Shown piece after piece: positions 48,711 through 63,727 of a DNA stretch of 64,000 bases; position 1 is the stretch's first letter; every line of letters starts with the position of its first letter. The DNA comes from the human T2T-CHM13v2.0 reference genome, Homo sapiens: assembly GCF_009914755.1 (NCBI RefSeq), contig NC_060929.1; one strand, given 5' to 3'. The notes below the pieces were generated by a model. The model made no database searches and had not been told where the DNA came from. It saw only the letters and a list, made by a program, of their open reading frames with translations. The translations under genes were made by a program, and so were the position numbers.

Positions 48711-49812
48711 TCTCTTTTTTTAAGTAATAGAAAGTTAAAATAATGCTTTGTGAGTGTTTACTGTGGGCCACACAGAGTTCTAAAAAATTCTACATAATTA
48801 ACTCATTCAATCCTTACAACAACAGAATGAGGTGAGACTATATTTAAGTCCCCCTTTTATAGATGAGTGAACCAACATGCAAAGAAGCTTACTAACTAAC
48901 CAAAAGTCACTCAGAGAATGTGGTAAAGCCCGAATCCCAACCTGAACAGTGAGCTCAAAAACCTCACTCCTAATCTTGTCTCCTCAGCCTCTGTGGAGGT
49001 TTGGGACAACTAAGGATGGAGGGATCCCTCAGGTGAGGGAAGGTGGGGTGGGAAGTGGAATTTCCAGTGGGGAGGGGGTGGGGGAGCATCTGAGGTGGAT
49101 GAAGAGTGAGCAGTAGTCCTCCTCTTTCCTGTTCCTGAAGCAATACAGAACCTTACAATAGCTTGCGTTGGAGTGTCTATGGGGGCTGAATGCTAGATTT
49201 CGGGTCACTGGGCCCTTCCCAGAAAGAACAGTACCGTCTGAAGCGTGCCCCTCACTGCTAAGTGCTGTAGATCCGTTGTGTCTTCAAGCCAGAGATGGAG
49301 ATGTCTGTGTTCAGTTGGTCACCTCATCCCGCACCTCCCTCTTCCTTCCCCTCACAGCCCTATCTCAAATCACTTCCCAGCAATGACTTGCCCTTCTCCC
49401 TCCAGGGCTGTCCCTGCATTCCCCACACCCTCCCGGCTGGCACCTCTGCCCAGGCTGTGGTTTGGCCCCGGAGGTCTGGACTGGACAGGGACAGCCTGAG
49501 CTGAACCTCAAGGAACAGGAAAGTTCAGTGTTTGCCTGAGGCACAACGAGTCATTCAGCAGTCACTAACTCTCGCTCCTTAGCACTCCATCCCCCTGCAG
49601 AAACCTTCCCAGGGGACATGGGGACATTTAGCCCTATTGAAGAGACTAGCCTCCATTGGCCTACTTTCTTCCCTCACACTTCCTTCAAGGGGCTTTAGCA
49701 AGATTTATTTCTGACAGAAATGTCTTTCTGTAGACTTGTAAATATTCAGTCACTTCACAAGTTTGCTTAAAACTGTACCAAACTGTATTTTATTCCATTT
49801 TCAAAAATGATC

Positions 49813-50620
<808 letters not shown>

Positions 50621-50817
50621 ATGATCATTCACTTTAACCCACTAATTCTAGGAATCTAGAAAATAATCCGAAATATAATCCAATATTCATGAATAAAGAT
50701 ATCTAATACATATCATTGTTGATCATATTAAAAAAAAGAGAAAAAACATAGGGCAAGGTTAAGTAAATTGTACATATGATCTATTGTGTAACATTTAAAT
50801 AATGTAAATAATGCTAA

Positions 50818-51154
<337 letters not shown>

Positions 51155-51909
51155 TTAAAAAGAAAGAAAAGAAAATGAGTCACCAAATTATGAATTGTAG
51201 ATGATCTCTACCACATAATATACATACAAGTAGAGATGATTGGAAGTGTGTTTGCTAATGTTGTCAGCATTTTTAACTGGTGGTAAGATTGTTATATTCT
51301 TCTTTATAGTTTTCTGGGCTTTTCTAAGTTTTCTAGAACAGGATTGTGTTTTTAGATTTCTTATCATAAAAGTAATACATGCCCATTATTTTAAAAATTC
51401 AGACAATTCAAAAGGGCAGAAAGGTAAAGTGATAGTCAACCCAAGGCTACCATTATAGAGATAACCACTGTCAACATTTGAATGTTAACATTTAGAATTT
51501 AACATTAATATAAATGTGCATTTTTTAATGTTAGGATACTATATTATTTTATATTCTGATTTTTGTACCTGTTTTATAATCAAAAGAAAATACATCTTAA
51601 TACAGATAATTGTAACTTTTCTGAAAACATCTCATTGCCTTTTATCCCTCCTGTCATATAAAGTTTGCAGAGATGTGTGTATATGCACGAAAAATGCAAC
51701 CACAGGAACATACACACCATACTTCAAAATGTATTACACAGTATAACAACTCTGCCTCTAAGCAGTAATTCATATATTAGGAAAGTTGATATTTAGCAAA
51801 TTAGAGAAAAAGCTTTCTGGTACTCCCTTTCCTCTTATGATAGCTGGCCTGCCGGAAAGGAATCCTTGAACCTGAGCTCCCAGCCAGGGCCCGTGAGGCC
51901 TGGTAAGCA

Positions 51910-52120
51910 TAATGGTAACAGGCAGGGCTCTGAGCCAGCCTGCCTGAGTTGGAATCCTCCTTAACTGGTTCTCTGACCTTGGGCAAATGACTGTAAGCTT
52001 CCATTTCCTTATCTAAAAAACAGGTAATTCTACTAACAACCTCAAAAGGATGTTGTACAGATCGACTTGGGCAGTCTATATGATGAGCTTAGCATATTCA
52101 GTTAATATCTAGGTGGTAAC
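51910..52120 (-). mobile_element. MIR remnant
   Basis: TCTGACCTTGGGCAAATGACT...TTTCCTTATCTAAAAAAC. Confidence 0.7.
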
Positions 52121-52549
52121 AATGTCATTATTCTTTCTTTCCGGAAAAGGCTGTCACATTTGATTTGGCATGAACCCCACCCAGACAACCAGCATTTAGT
52201 CTTTGCACATATTCTGCATACCTTGTATTAAAATACTTGAATTTAGGAAAAAGAAAAAAAGATCAGCAGCCACTATACAGTATATAGTACTGTACCATAG
52301 TATACCATAACATCATAATAAATAATGTTCTACAGTCTATTTATATCCCATGATAAGTATTAACAAAGTTTGGAAATGGAAATAAAAGATTAGCATTTAG
52401 GTTTGTACACATTTTGTCAGGCATTAGATATAATAGCAGCAAGAACAGGAGGACAAGGGAAGAAATGAAGTGCGGCTCTGATGTTTGCATACTTTCCATA
52501 TGCCAAGCAGCACGCTCAGGGCAGCTGCAGAACTGAGTCCTCCCTGTAA

Positions 52550-52690
52550 GCACTATTACCCCTGTTTTACAAATGAAGAAACTGGGGCTTAAAGAAATTA
52601 AGTAACTTGCTTAAGGACACACAAATGGTCAAATAGACTGAACTAAGATTTGAAGCCAGTGTGTTTGATTCCAAACCTCTGAGCTCAACC
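52550..52690 (+). mobile_element. MIR remnant
   Basis: TTTTACAAATGAAGAAACTGGGGCTTAAAGAAATTAAGTAACTTGCTTAAGG. Confidence 0.75.
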
Positions 52691-55260
52691 CTAAGGATAA
52701 TCTCCCTAGCAATTCCATAAAGTAGGTATTACCTTCAACATGACCCAAGTTAATACCTCAGGGGGTTTCAATGTTGGAATTCTCAGTTCATTCCCTTGTA
52801 CCCCACATATAATTATTTCCCTGCTCAGAAGCTGATTTCATTGCTACTCGTTAAAATTACCTGGACAGGATTTTTTAATATACCAATCCTTTCCACAGAG
52901 ATTCTAATGTACTAAGTCTAGTGGCCAAGGGCCCATTGGGTGTAACGAGCCAGGATGAAGCAGCACTGGCCTCCATGGTGCTGAGGCACCCACTGCTTCC
53001 AAGGACACTCAAGTAGTTTCCCCAGCCCTTTGCCTCCCCAGGAATTCTTAGTCCATCCACCAGCACCTACAGCTCTGGTCTTAGGTCTGCCCTCGTTCTC
53101 ACCCTCGCTGACTCTGCTCCGTCACCAGTGACCTTAAGTCACTTTCCTGAATGGTCCACCCACCCTCCTCCCCGTCCCAAAGCTTCCTAGAAGGCTTTAG
53201 TGAAAGCATGTTCCATTCCTTTGTTTCAGTGAGCTTGGGAAACCACTCCTTCAGTGATTTAAACAATGGAAAGGAAAACAAAAAAGAAAACAAAGGGACT
53301 TCCAAAAATCAAACACTTATTGTTCCTAGGAACCTACCCTATCAGTGAATTTTAAGAATAAATGAAGGAAAACTTAGATACCCCTGCCCCCCAAATGCCT
53401 GGCAGACATTTGTGCTGGCTTTTGAAGAGTGTGTTCTGGAGAGAGGGTCATTCTGTATCTTGGAGGTCGGCTGGCCCTGAGGAGCTGAGGCTTTTGTTTT
53501 CTAAAAGTTACATTACACTTGGTCTGTGGAAGACTTGTATTATGTGGGTCTTTTTGCTCAGAGTTCAGTTCCTTAAAATCTCAAGCACTTTAACTGCTGG
53601 AAGGGAAAACCTCACTGATTTGTTCACTGGTAAAACCACATTAAAATGTAGCCCCCAACTGATTATCTAGGGTTTTTGCTTAAAATTATGTGCCAGTTAT
53701 TTATATTGACTACTCCCTTGTGTGTTCTATATTCACATATGGAATACAATTCTGAAAATACTAACTTCTTTTGACCTATTTAAGTCTTCAACTTCCCATT
53801 TTGGTTGTTTATCGACACCTCAAATAGCTCAGAGGCATCAATCAACGCAAAACTTTTACTACTTTTAACTGATAAACCCAGAGAAAAGGGCTTTTATTTG
53901 GGATGAATTGACAGTACTCTCTTCCTATCTCTGACAGTTGAATGTCAATGTGGCCACAAGGAAAGCTTTAAATAGTTCAACCTTCAGCTCTGTCTCTGAT
54001 GGGAACCAGGAATAAGAACGATGATCTTGTCTGAACAATCTGAAACTGATTCCAGACTCTACAGAACATTTTTGTAGTCTTACATTCCAGAAGAATCTAA
54101 GACTTTAAGCAGAATATAAGAACTGAAACCATGGTATTGCTGTTCAGGCTCCTCTTAAAAGGGCTTTGGCTCAATTCATCTGCACCTCATTATTAATTTA
54201 CCTTTTGCTGGAGCAGAGACCGAGAGAGAAATGCACAAGGACCAAATCTCCTCAGAGAGGACCTCCTGAGCCAAATGGATGGGCCTTCACCTGCTGTTTA
54301 TGAAAAAGCAGTCTCAGACTAATCCAGAATTATGAGCAAATTATTCCAGCAACACAAGACTGCTTTTTTCCTAAAGTGGCCCTAAAAAGAATACGTAGAA
54401 AAATATGGGTCAAACAGGACTTCAGAAAGTTACTAAATGCAGCAAAAGCACTAAAAATTAGATAACTAGTCACTTAGGGGTAACTTACTGACTTGAAAAC
54501 AATGTGACTGAAAATTCTGAAATCCTCAAACTTTTTAGCTATTAAAAATCACCTATAACATTATGTTTGAATTGTAATTCATTAACATCTTCTGGAGAAG
54601 ACAGAATAAGACAAATGTGATATGCTAAGATTTACAGATAAAATGGAATAAATTGGAATCAGAATAAGCAAACCAAGAGGTAGACCAAGTCATTGTATCA
54701 TTTAAATATACTTGTTTAAAACTCCTCCATGGATATAGATATATCTATCTGCACACAATTTTTTTCTGGGTTAGTAATATGAATAATGATTATGTTTAGT
54801 TTTTATGTTGTGCTCAGTTAAGCTTATTAATCATAAGCAAGTAACTAACATAACAAGTGTTACCTAGTCAGGGAGGGTATAAACCATTTTAATTTTTTCT
54901 ATATTCTTTTTTATATTAACAAACCTAATACATCACTTAAAAATTAAATATCACCCATTCCATTTTTCCAAAAATTAAGGAAGAGTTCAAAACCATCTTA
55001 CTAAAGTCAGAGCTAGTAGAAAAATATTGTGCAAGACATTTTCTAGAAATCCACATTTTTTCCCATTAGCATTTTTATTTCACTATCGATTAATGATGAG
55101 ATTTAAATGAGTTTTGTCTGTTTTTGTCCTAGTTGAAAAAAAAGTTTTGAAATTACAAAGAAAAATAAAAAGCACCTCAAGACCCACCAGAATAGGAAGT
55201 TTTCTCAATGCTAAAAAGTTGTCATATGATCATATTTTAGTTAGAACTGTGGTTAGGGGG

Positions 55261-55601
<341 letters not shown>

Positions 55602-56867
55602 CTACAGTTTCATAAACTACTGAAAATTTTGAGTATGGTATACTGTTCCTCATAGATATGGGTACTTTTGCATTTTTTTGTTCCTCACAAGGTATTACTG
55701 TTTCATTTTTTTCTATTGTCTAACCCCCAAGACCCTTGACTGAAGACCCAGCCAGCAGTCTGCTGGGTTTGAATTCACCATTAGCACCTGGGGTAACCTC
55801 AGTCCACAGAATGTAAGGAGACAAGTGAGGCAATGTTTGTGGAGTCCAGCGGCTGAACCCGCTCTGCTACAGAAGAAATGCCCCAATTGTCTTTCCTAAG
55901 CAAAAATTGCCACGACTCCCCATAAACAATCAGTTGTCCATTGACTGTTATAAATAGACTTTAATACACAACCAGCTGTCTGAGGGAGAGTTTATAACTG
56001 TTGACCAAAGACACAGTAGGGAAGGGAAATGAGAGATTTCCACATAGCAGGAGAATGACTTGTCTGCAGTCTGCAGTGAATGAGGTTGCACACAGATCTC
56101 CCATTTAAAATATGTCAGCATGCCTTGGACTCGAGTGAAAATTATGGGGACAGCACAACGGGCTTCATGTGGGAGTCTATTTCAACAGATACTGTATTCT
56201 TCTCTCATGGGCACCCTTGAATTCAGGATTGTGAAATAAGTGGCAGTTACCAGCAGATGTCCTGTAAAGTGCTGGTCACAGGAGATATTTTCGATGATAC
56301 AGTGGCAAGATGCACTAGTTTAACTGTGATAAGAACTAATCCCTTACCACATTTCTTCTCCATTTCCTGTTGTTTCCCTTTATCTTTTCCAGGATGACTC
56401 TCCTTCTTGCACAACCTCGTTGACAACCACTCTCTATGAAAGAGTGTTCCCGAGCATCTTATTTTAACCAGAACCAGTCCCTGGGGCGAGGTGGTATCTC
56501 AAAAATCTGATCAGGTGTGACAGAGAACAGGGCTCTGGGCAGCCAGCCATGGCCACAGGCCTCTCTGTACTGCAGCAGATCCACCCACGGCTGCTCTGAG
56601 TTCTGACCAGCCAGCCAGAGACAACTAGATGTGGTGGAGGTTGAAGGTGGATGCAGGTATTGTCACAAAGCTCAATAAGACTAAACAAGGAAGGATAACA
56701 TGCGTGAGAGACACAAATGTGGGAATAAAGACAGCAGCACAAAAGAAAGGCACAGGGGAGCAGGGATCCATCAGGAAAGATTTAGCAGAAAGTTTCTTCA
56801 CTCAGTAAAATAAATAGAGATGAAGAAAAGAAAAGGTCATATTTTGATAGAAAATAGTACGTTTAGT

Positions 56868-57151
<284 letters not shown>

Positions 57152-57271
57152 AAAGAGTATGTTTAGTGCATTTTAAAAATGTATTTTTTCCAAAACTGTG
57201 TGAAATATGATTTGGGACACTGAAAAATTTCAAATGCATTGCTAGTTTGATTCCCACACCTTAAGTTTTAA

Positions 57272-57587
<316 letters not shown>

Positions 57588-58079
57588 TAAATTTTCTTTT
57601 AAAAATTTACTTCCAAGATAAAAATAAGCCTATCATGGTTGCGTTTGAACTATCCAGAGTTAACACGCATCCTATGATCTCAGTTTACCTTTAAATTAAC
57701 ATAAGTGAGAAAATTCATTATTCCAGTTCAAATTAGAGAATGTCTTTTTTTTCCTTCCAGCCAAGAGACATGCAATTTAATGCCAGGGCCTAGTTTTAAG
57801 AATTAGAATTCTTCTATTTTAAAGATGGAAAAATTGTAAACTGAGTAGGTAATGTTTCTCTAGAGATGTATATAGAAGCATTTGAGATTTCTCCTACTAG
57901 GAATCTGTAGATGGCTACTTTTTACCTCAATAAACCACTGTTCCTCGGTTTCCTCTTTCATAAGACAGCACCTTCCTGATAGTAAGAGCATAGAAGAATG
58001 CCTTGCACCAGACACTCAATAGTGTAACCTATTACAAATTAATTCACTTTAAAGCTTCCCATTGCTTTTTCCTTCCAGG

Positions 58080-59180
<1,101 letters not shown>

Positions 59181-60599
59181 GCTTTTTATTAATACATTCA
59201 AGTCACCAAAGAGAAGTGATCTTTCATCTTACATGAAGGAAAGCAATTTACATATTTGAATTCACATGATGCTGTGGACTCTGCCCAGAAGAGTAAAACT
59301 GCCCACCCACTCAACTCCTCCCACCGCAAACCCCACATGCCAGCTCTATTGAGCTTTCTCTGCTTAGCTGAACAGCCGTCTCCTACTCTTTCCTCCCTAG
59401 GCCATTGTGGGTGCTGCTTCACTCAGCCTGCACCCTCTTTCTACCTGGTTTGATGGCTGTTTGTCTCTCAGACCTCAGCCCCTTTGAGAACTAGTACCAA
59501 AGCACAAAGTATGCTTCCTCAAAATGCATGTCATCACGAGTCCATTCCTGTTGGAATGTAAGTCTGAAGATGAGGCTCTGGCATTCTCCTCTTGCCCAGG
59601 TCTTGCCACTTACTACCTCTGTTTCTTTATCTTTTAGGAGTTGTCTGCACATGCAGATTAAACTTATTTTGAGCCTCCATTCTGGGTTCCCATTGACATA
59701 AAACATGATGCTTAGAATATACACAAATCCAAACCACTTAGATCGGTATCAGCAACCAGGTTCAATCCACTTTCCAATAGTTGTACATAACACCATTTTA
59801 CTGCTCTAGATGATGTCAAGTCTAAGGACTCACTAGCATTTAATAACACCTAATTCAAACAGAACAAAAAACTGCCCAGTAGCACCTTCCAAAGACTAAG
59901 TAGAATGACAGAAAGCACTGAACTCTGAGTTGGTCTTCCATGTTGGACAAAAAACAATGCTCTGAATCTACATGGTTTCATTACAGAATTGGAAGAGTAA
60001 CGTGGACTGATGCCATAAAAGTAATTCCAGTTAACAGTTCCATTTACACTAAAAACAGTAAACTAGATCACCAAGAAATAATCCAAGTAGAAATTGCCAT
60101 GGCTTAAATGAAATAAAAGTGAGGTAACTCATTCAGATCTTTTTCTCCATTAAATGTAAAGTTATATCATGTTCATGGGTGGGAAGATATAGACATTCAG
60201 ACATCTTCCATGAGAAAAACAACTTAGTGTATGGTACACATTCTTTCAGAATCCTAAGTATACATTAAAACTATAGGAATTAAGTTAATATGGACATGAA
60301 AATGAACAAAGATTAGTGGATTAGAATAGAATGTTAGAAAAAACTTATTAGGCTTAAGGAAATTTAACATGTGATTTAAAAAATAGTGCCCAAATGAAGG
60401 TGGATGAAAGTTCAAATAGTCAATAAAAGGTTAGAACAGCGGGCTATTAAAAAAAAAAAAAGACCTGTATCAGATAAGAATGTATTTGACTGCAAGTAAC
60501 CAAAAAACCAAACGAACAGTGGCCTAATTAGAGATACAATTTCTCATAAATTAGAAGTCTCTGCTAGTATTGGCCCACCTGCTCAATGATATTCTAAGG

Positions 60600-60901
60600 T
60601 GAGTTGACAGTCTACAGCCCACAGGCCAATCATTACACTTTTGTACAACTCAAAAATGAAGAATGGTCTTTACCTATTTTAAATGGTTGGAAAAAAGAAT
60701 ATTTTGTGACAAGTTACATTAAGTTTAAATATTAGGGCCCGTGAATAAAGTTTTACTGGAATACAAAGATGCTCATTTACATTTCCTCAATGGCCATTTC
60801 TATGCTTCAACACCAGAGTTGAGTAGACAGAGGTTGTATGGCCTACAAAGCCCAAGATATTTACTATCTGTCCCTTTACAGAAAAAGCTTGCCAATCCCT
60901 G
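60600..60901 (-). mobile_element. MER58-type hAT-Charlie element nested in an old MLT1 LTR (about 60465-61140)
   Basis: ATATTTACTATCTGTCCCTTTACAGAAAAAGCTTGCCAATCCCTG terminus. 8-bp TSD-like TTCTAAGG / CCCTAAGG. Confidence 0.8.
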
Positions 60902-62506
60902 CCCTAAGGAACCCGTACTCTTTCCAGCTTTGCCATCTTTGTTACATTGCCCCCAGTAATGTAGTACATTATTACTGTAAACTAGGCCCTCAACTCCAAA
61001 GTAGAAGCCTTCTTGGAAACCCTGCAGACTCCCACTTACATTTGACTGGCCAGAGATTGGCACTGCCAGGCCTAGACACAAGTGGCCTGGGCGCCTCCAG
61101 CTCTCCCTACCCAGAAGTATTAATGTATAAATAAGACCATGAACACAAGAACTACAAGAGGCAGAGTGTGTATGATCTTTTTATGGGGATGACCAAATAT
61201 GAAACCTAGAACCAATAAAGTCAGAGATGGACTTATCCATATAATACCCCCATGTAGAAAAGAAACTTAAATATATTTGTCACATTTTGTTATATTAAGA
61301 GTTTCTATAAGACAAAAAATGCTTGATAAGCTCAAAGAATTCAACTGGCTAATTTGATATGTTCAAATTTTCATTTTTAAAGATGCAACTTAACAATGAA
61401 ATGTATCCCTTATCAAAAGGACTTGCCCTGTGTGAGGAAAATGGTCTCACAGTTGAGGGAAATGTAAACTGGCATAGTTTTTGGGGAGACCAAATTGCAT
61501 CTGACATTTTCTTAGCAATTCTACCTAAATATAAGAATCTATATTCAAAGATGATCACAGCACTGTAATAATGGGTAACTTTAAAATGCCCTCTTTGAAT
61601 GTCCATCAATAAGGGAATCAGTTAAATGGGTATTGAACTGTTTAAATACTATATACAAGCTAATTTCCATGGGGGAAAAAAAAGTGTTAGGATTTTGAAA
61701 TGTCTCCACAACACCTTGTTAAGGAGCTATAGGGTCGTTTTAAGGCTATGTTCATATACAAAGAAAGCAGTCTGGCAGAGCACATGTCAAACCTGACAGT
61801 CACTACCTTTGTTTAGGATTGGGGCTGGAAAGTCAGCTTCTCATATTGCATACATTGCTATTAAAGTTAAAAGCACAAACCACTTTCATAAGTTTGTCAG
61901 AACTTCCATTGCAGAGATATAGAGAAAGGAATAAAAAAAGACAGTAGTTCATCCTTATTTCTTGAAATCCACCACACAGCCAGGACGGAGCTTGGGAAAG
62001 TCTAGAGCCAGGGATGGCTCTCTCCCTCCTCTATGCTCAGCCCTCACCCTGACCATCATTCTACAGGGATACTCTGCAAGGTGCAGGCTAATGTGAACTA
62101 TGAATGTCCACTGAGAAAGTCACATTTTAAAATTGTAAATTTAACTGATATACTCCTCCTCCCAATAGGACAGATAACATGTTACTAAGGTTCTGAGTGT
62201 CATCTAACTTTGTTTCTCTTCTGCCTCAAGAAATCTAACAAGTAGTTTTGGTATTAATATCTGCGTTGGAGTACTTCCTTATATCTTACTTTGGACGTAA
62301 GTTTTAGAACCTAAAACTAGGAGTCATTGAGTGAGTGCTATAATGACCGAATATTTGTTTCAAAGTGCATTGCGTTGCTTCTTTCCTGTGATCCTTGACG
62401 ATAGGATTTGAAACCCAACATCTATCTACTCATTCTGATTCAGAGGCTCAAGGGCATTAAGTAATAGATATCCAACATAAGAGACCCACAACAATGGTCC
62501 TATAGT

Positions 62507-62512
62507 TTTATT
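62507..62512 (-). terminator. Probable polyadenylation signal of the minus-strand TGF-beta-like gene
   Basis: First AATAAA I found downstream of the stop at 63229, followed by a GT-rich element (TTGTTGTGGGTCTCTTATGTTGG). Implies a 3' UTR of about 740 nt. Confidence 0.65.
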
Positions 62513-63228
62513 AAAGATAGTGAAAAAGCTAATATCAAGTTCCTTAAATGATAGTGAGACAAACTTTCCATGAGGCCAGAGGCCCCCTCTGTCAGTCAAG
62601 CAACATCCTCTACTCTCAGGCTCCCATCTGACACCAGGTTGTGAAGGCCTTGGGGCCCTTTACCCATGACTAGCCCATGACAGAATGCTTTCTTCCACAG
62701 AGTCTTCACTCCCTCTAAAGAGGCCAGGAGTGTTAGGTGAGGAGGAATGTACATGCTGAGGTCAGTTCTGGACCAGCCCCAGGCCAATGGTACAGAGAAG
62801 GATGATAGCAGCTGAATGGCTCAGAAAGAGTCCAAAGCCAGCTTAACACTGGTAACAATTTTACCCCTACCCCAAGAGCTGACATGCGTCCAATTCCAGT
62901 TCCTCTTTCCCCACCTAAATGATCCCAGAGGTGGCACTAAGCCCAGCCCACTCACAATCTAGGACAGCGATAGTCAGACATCTCAATGGGCCCAGCTTCC
63001 CAGTAGTAGGAGTGACTGAGAACAGCACTAGGGGGCCCCTGCCACATCAAAGAGAAGCATCTATGAGGGGTTACTGCCATAATGCCAACCTTCTTGCTGT
63101 GCTTTGAGAAACAAACCAAATCCCACCTCCCTTCAAAGAGCTCTACTTGCTATGAAAAGTAATCCCACCCCCTACTAAAGTCCTGAGACTTAGGTGGCCC
63201 TGAGGCCAGTAGGAGGCTTTGGGGTATC

Positions 63229-63375
63229 TCAAGAGCAGCCACACTTCTCCACCAAGGAAGTGTTCACATAGTGCACACTCATCTTGTGTTCGTCATCCTG
63301 GACCATCAGGGAGAAGAGTCTGACCATGGTGGGACGGCAGGTCTGGAAGAGCCAGGGACAGGTAGGTACTGCCCT
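63229..63375 (-). CDS. Last coding exon of a divergent TGF-beta-superfamily cystine-knot protein (RAVPTCPWLFQTCRPTMVRLFSLMVQDDEHKMSVHYVNTSLVEKCGCS*)
   Basis: Acceptor TTTGTTTCTGCAG|AGG at 63376/63375; 147 nt, phase 0. C-x-PT...(31 aa)...CGC-x-stop has the same spacing as BMP2 CVPT...CGCR. Confidence 0.88.
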   Translation of the reverse strand, partial: RAVPTCPWLFQTCRPTMVRLFSLMVQDDEHKMSVHYVNTSLVEKCGCS

Positions 63376-63727
63376 CTGCAGAAACAAATGGCAGAATGGT
63401 GAGTGCCTCATAGCCACAGCCTCATATCTAAGGGCATCAGTAGACTTGTCAGGGATACATGGGAAGGGAGAAGGAGGGCCTGGGGAGAAGCTGCTGGATC
63501 AGGGCTGTTTCAGAACAATCTTTAGGAAGCTGATGTTTCTTATGAATAAAGATAAGGGATAAGGTCACAGGGCGGGGAAGATGCTACACACTGCATCAGT
63601 GCTAGATTACATAATTACCAACTTCAATGGCTTCCTTGACTCAAAAGGAGCCAGGCCTAGAGAGTTGAGCACTTAGTGCTATCCCAATATGACCCCAGAA
63701 GAGAAAGAACGAGGCTCCATGTCTTAC

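Noticed and set aside
63641-63727. Hydrophobic tail VRHGASFFLFWGHIGIALSAQL of ORF 63641-63961, and the N-terminus MAMRHSPFCHLFLQ of ORF 63229-63417
   Set aside because: Both are intron read-through beyond the donor at 63727 and before the acceptor at 63376; splicing restores the full cystine knot.
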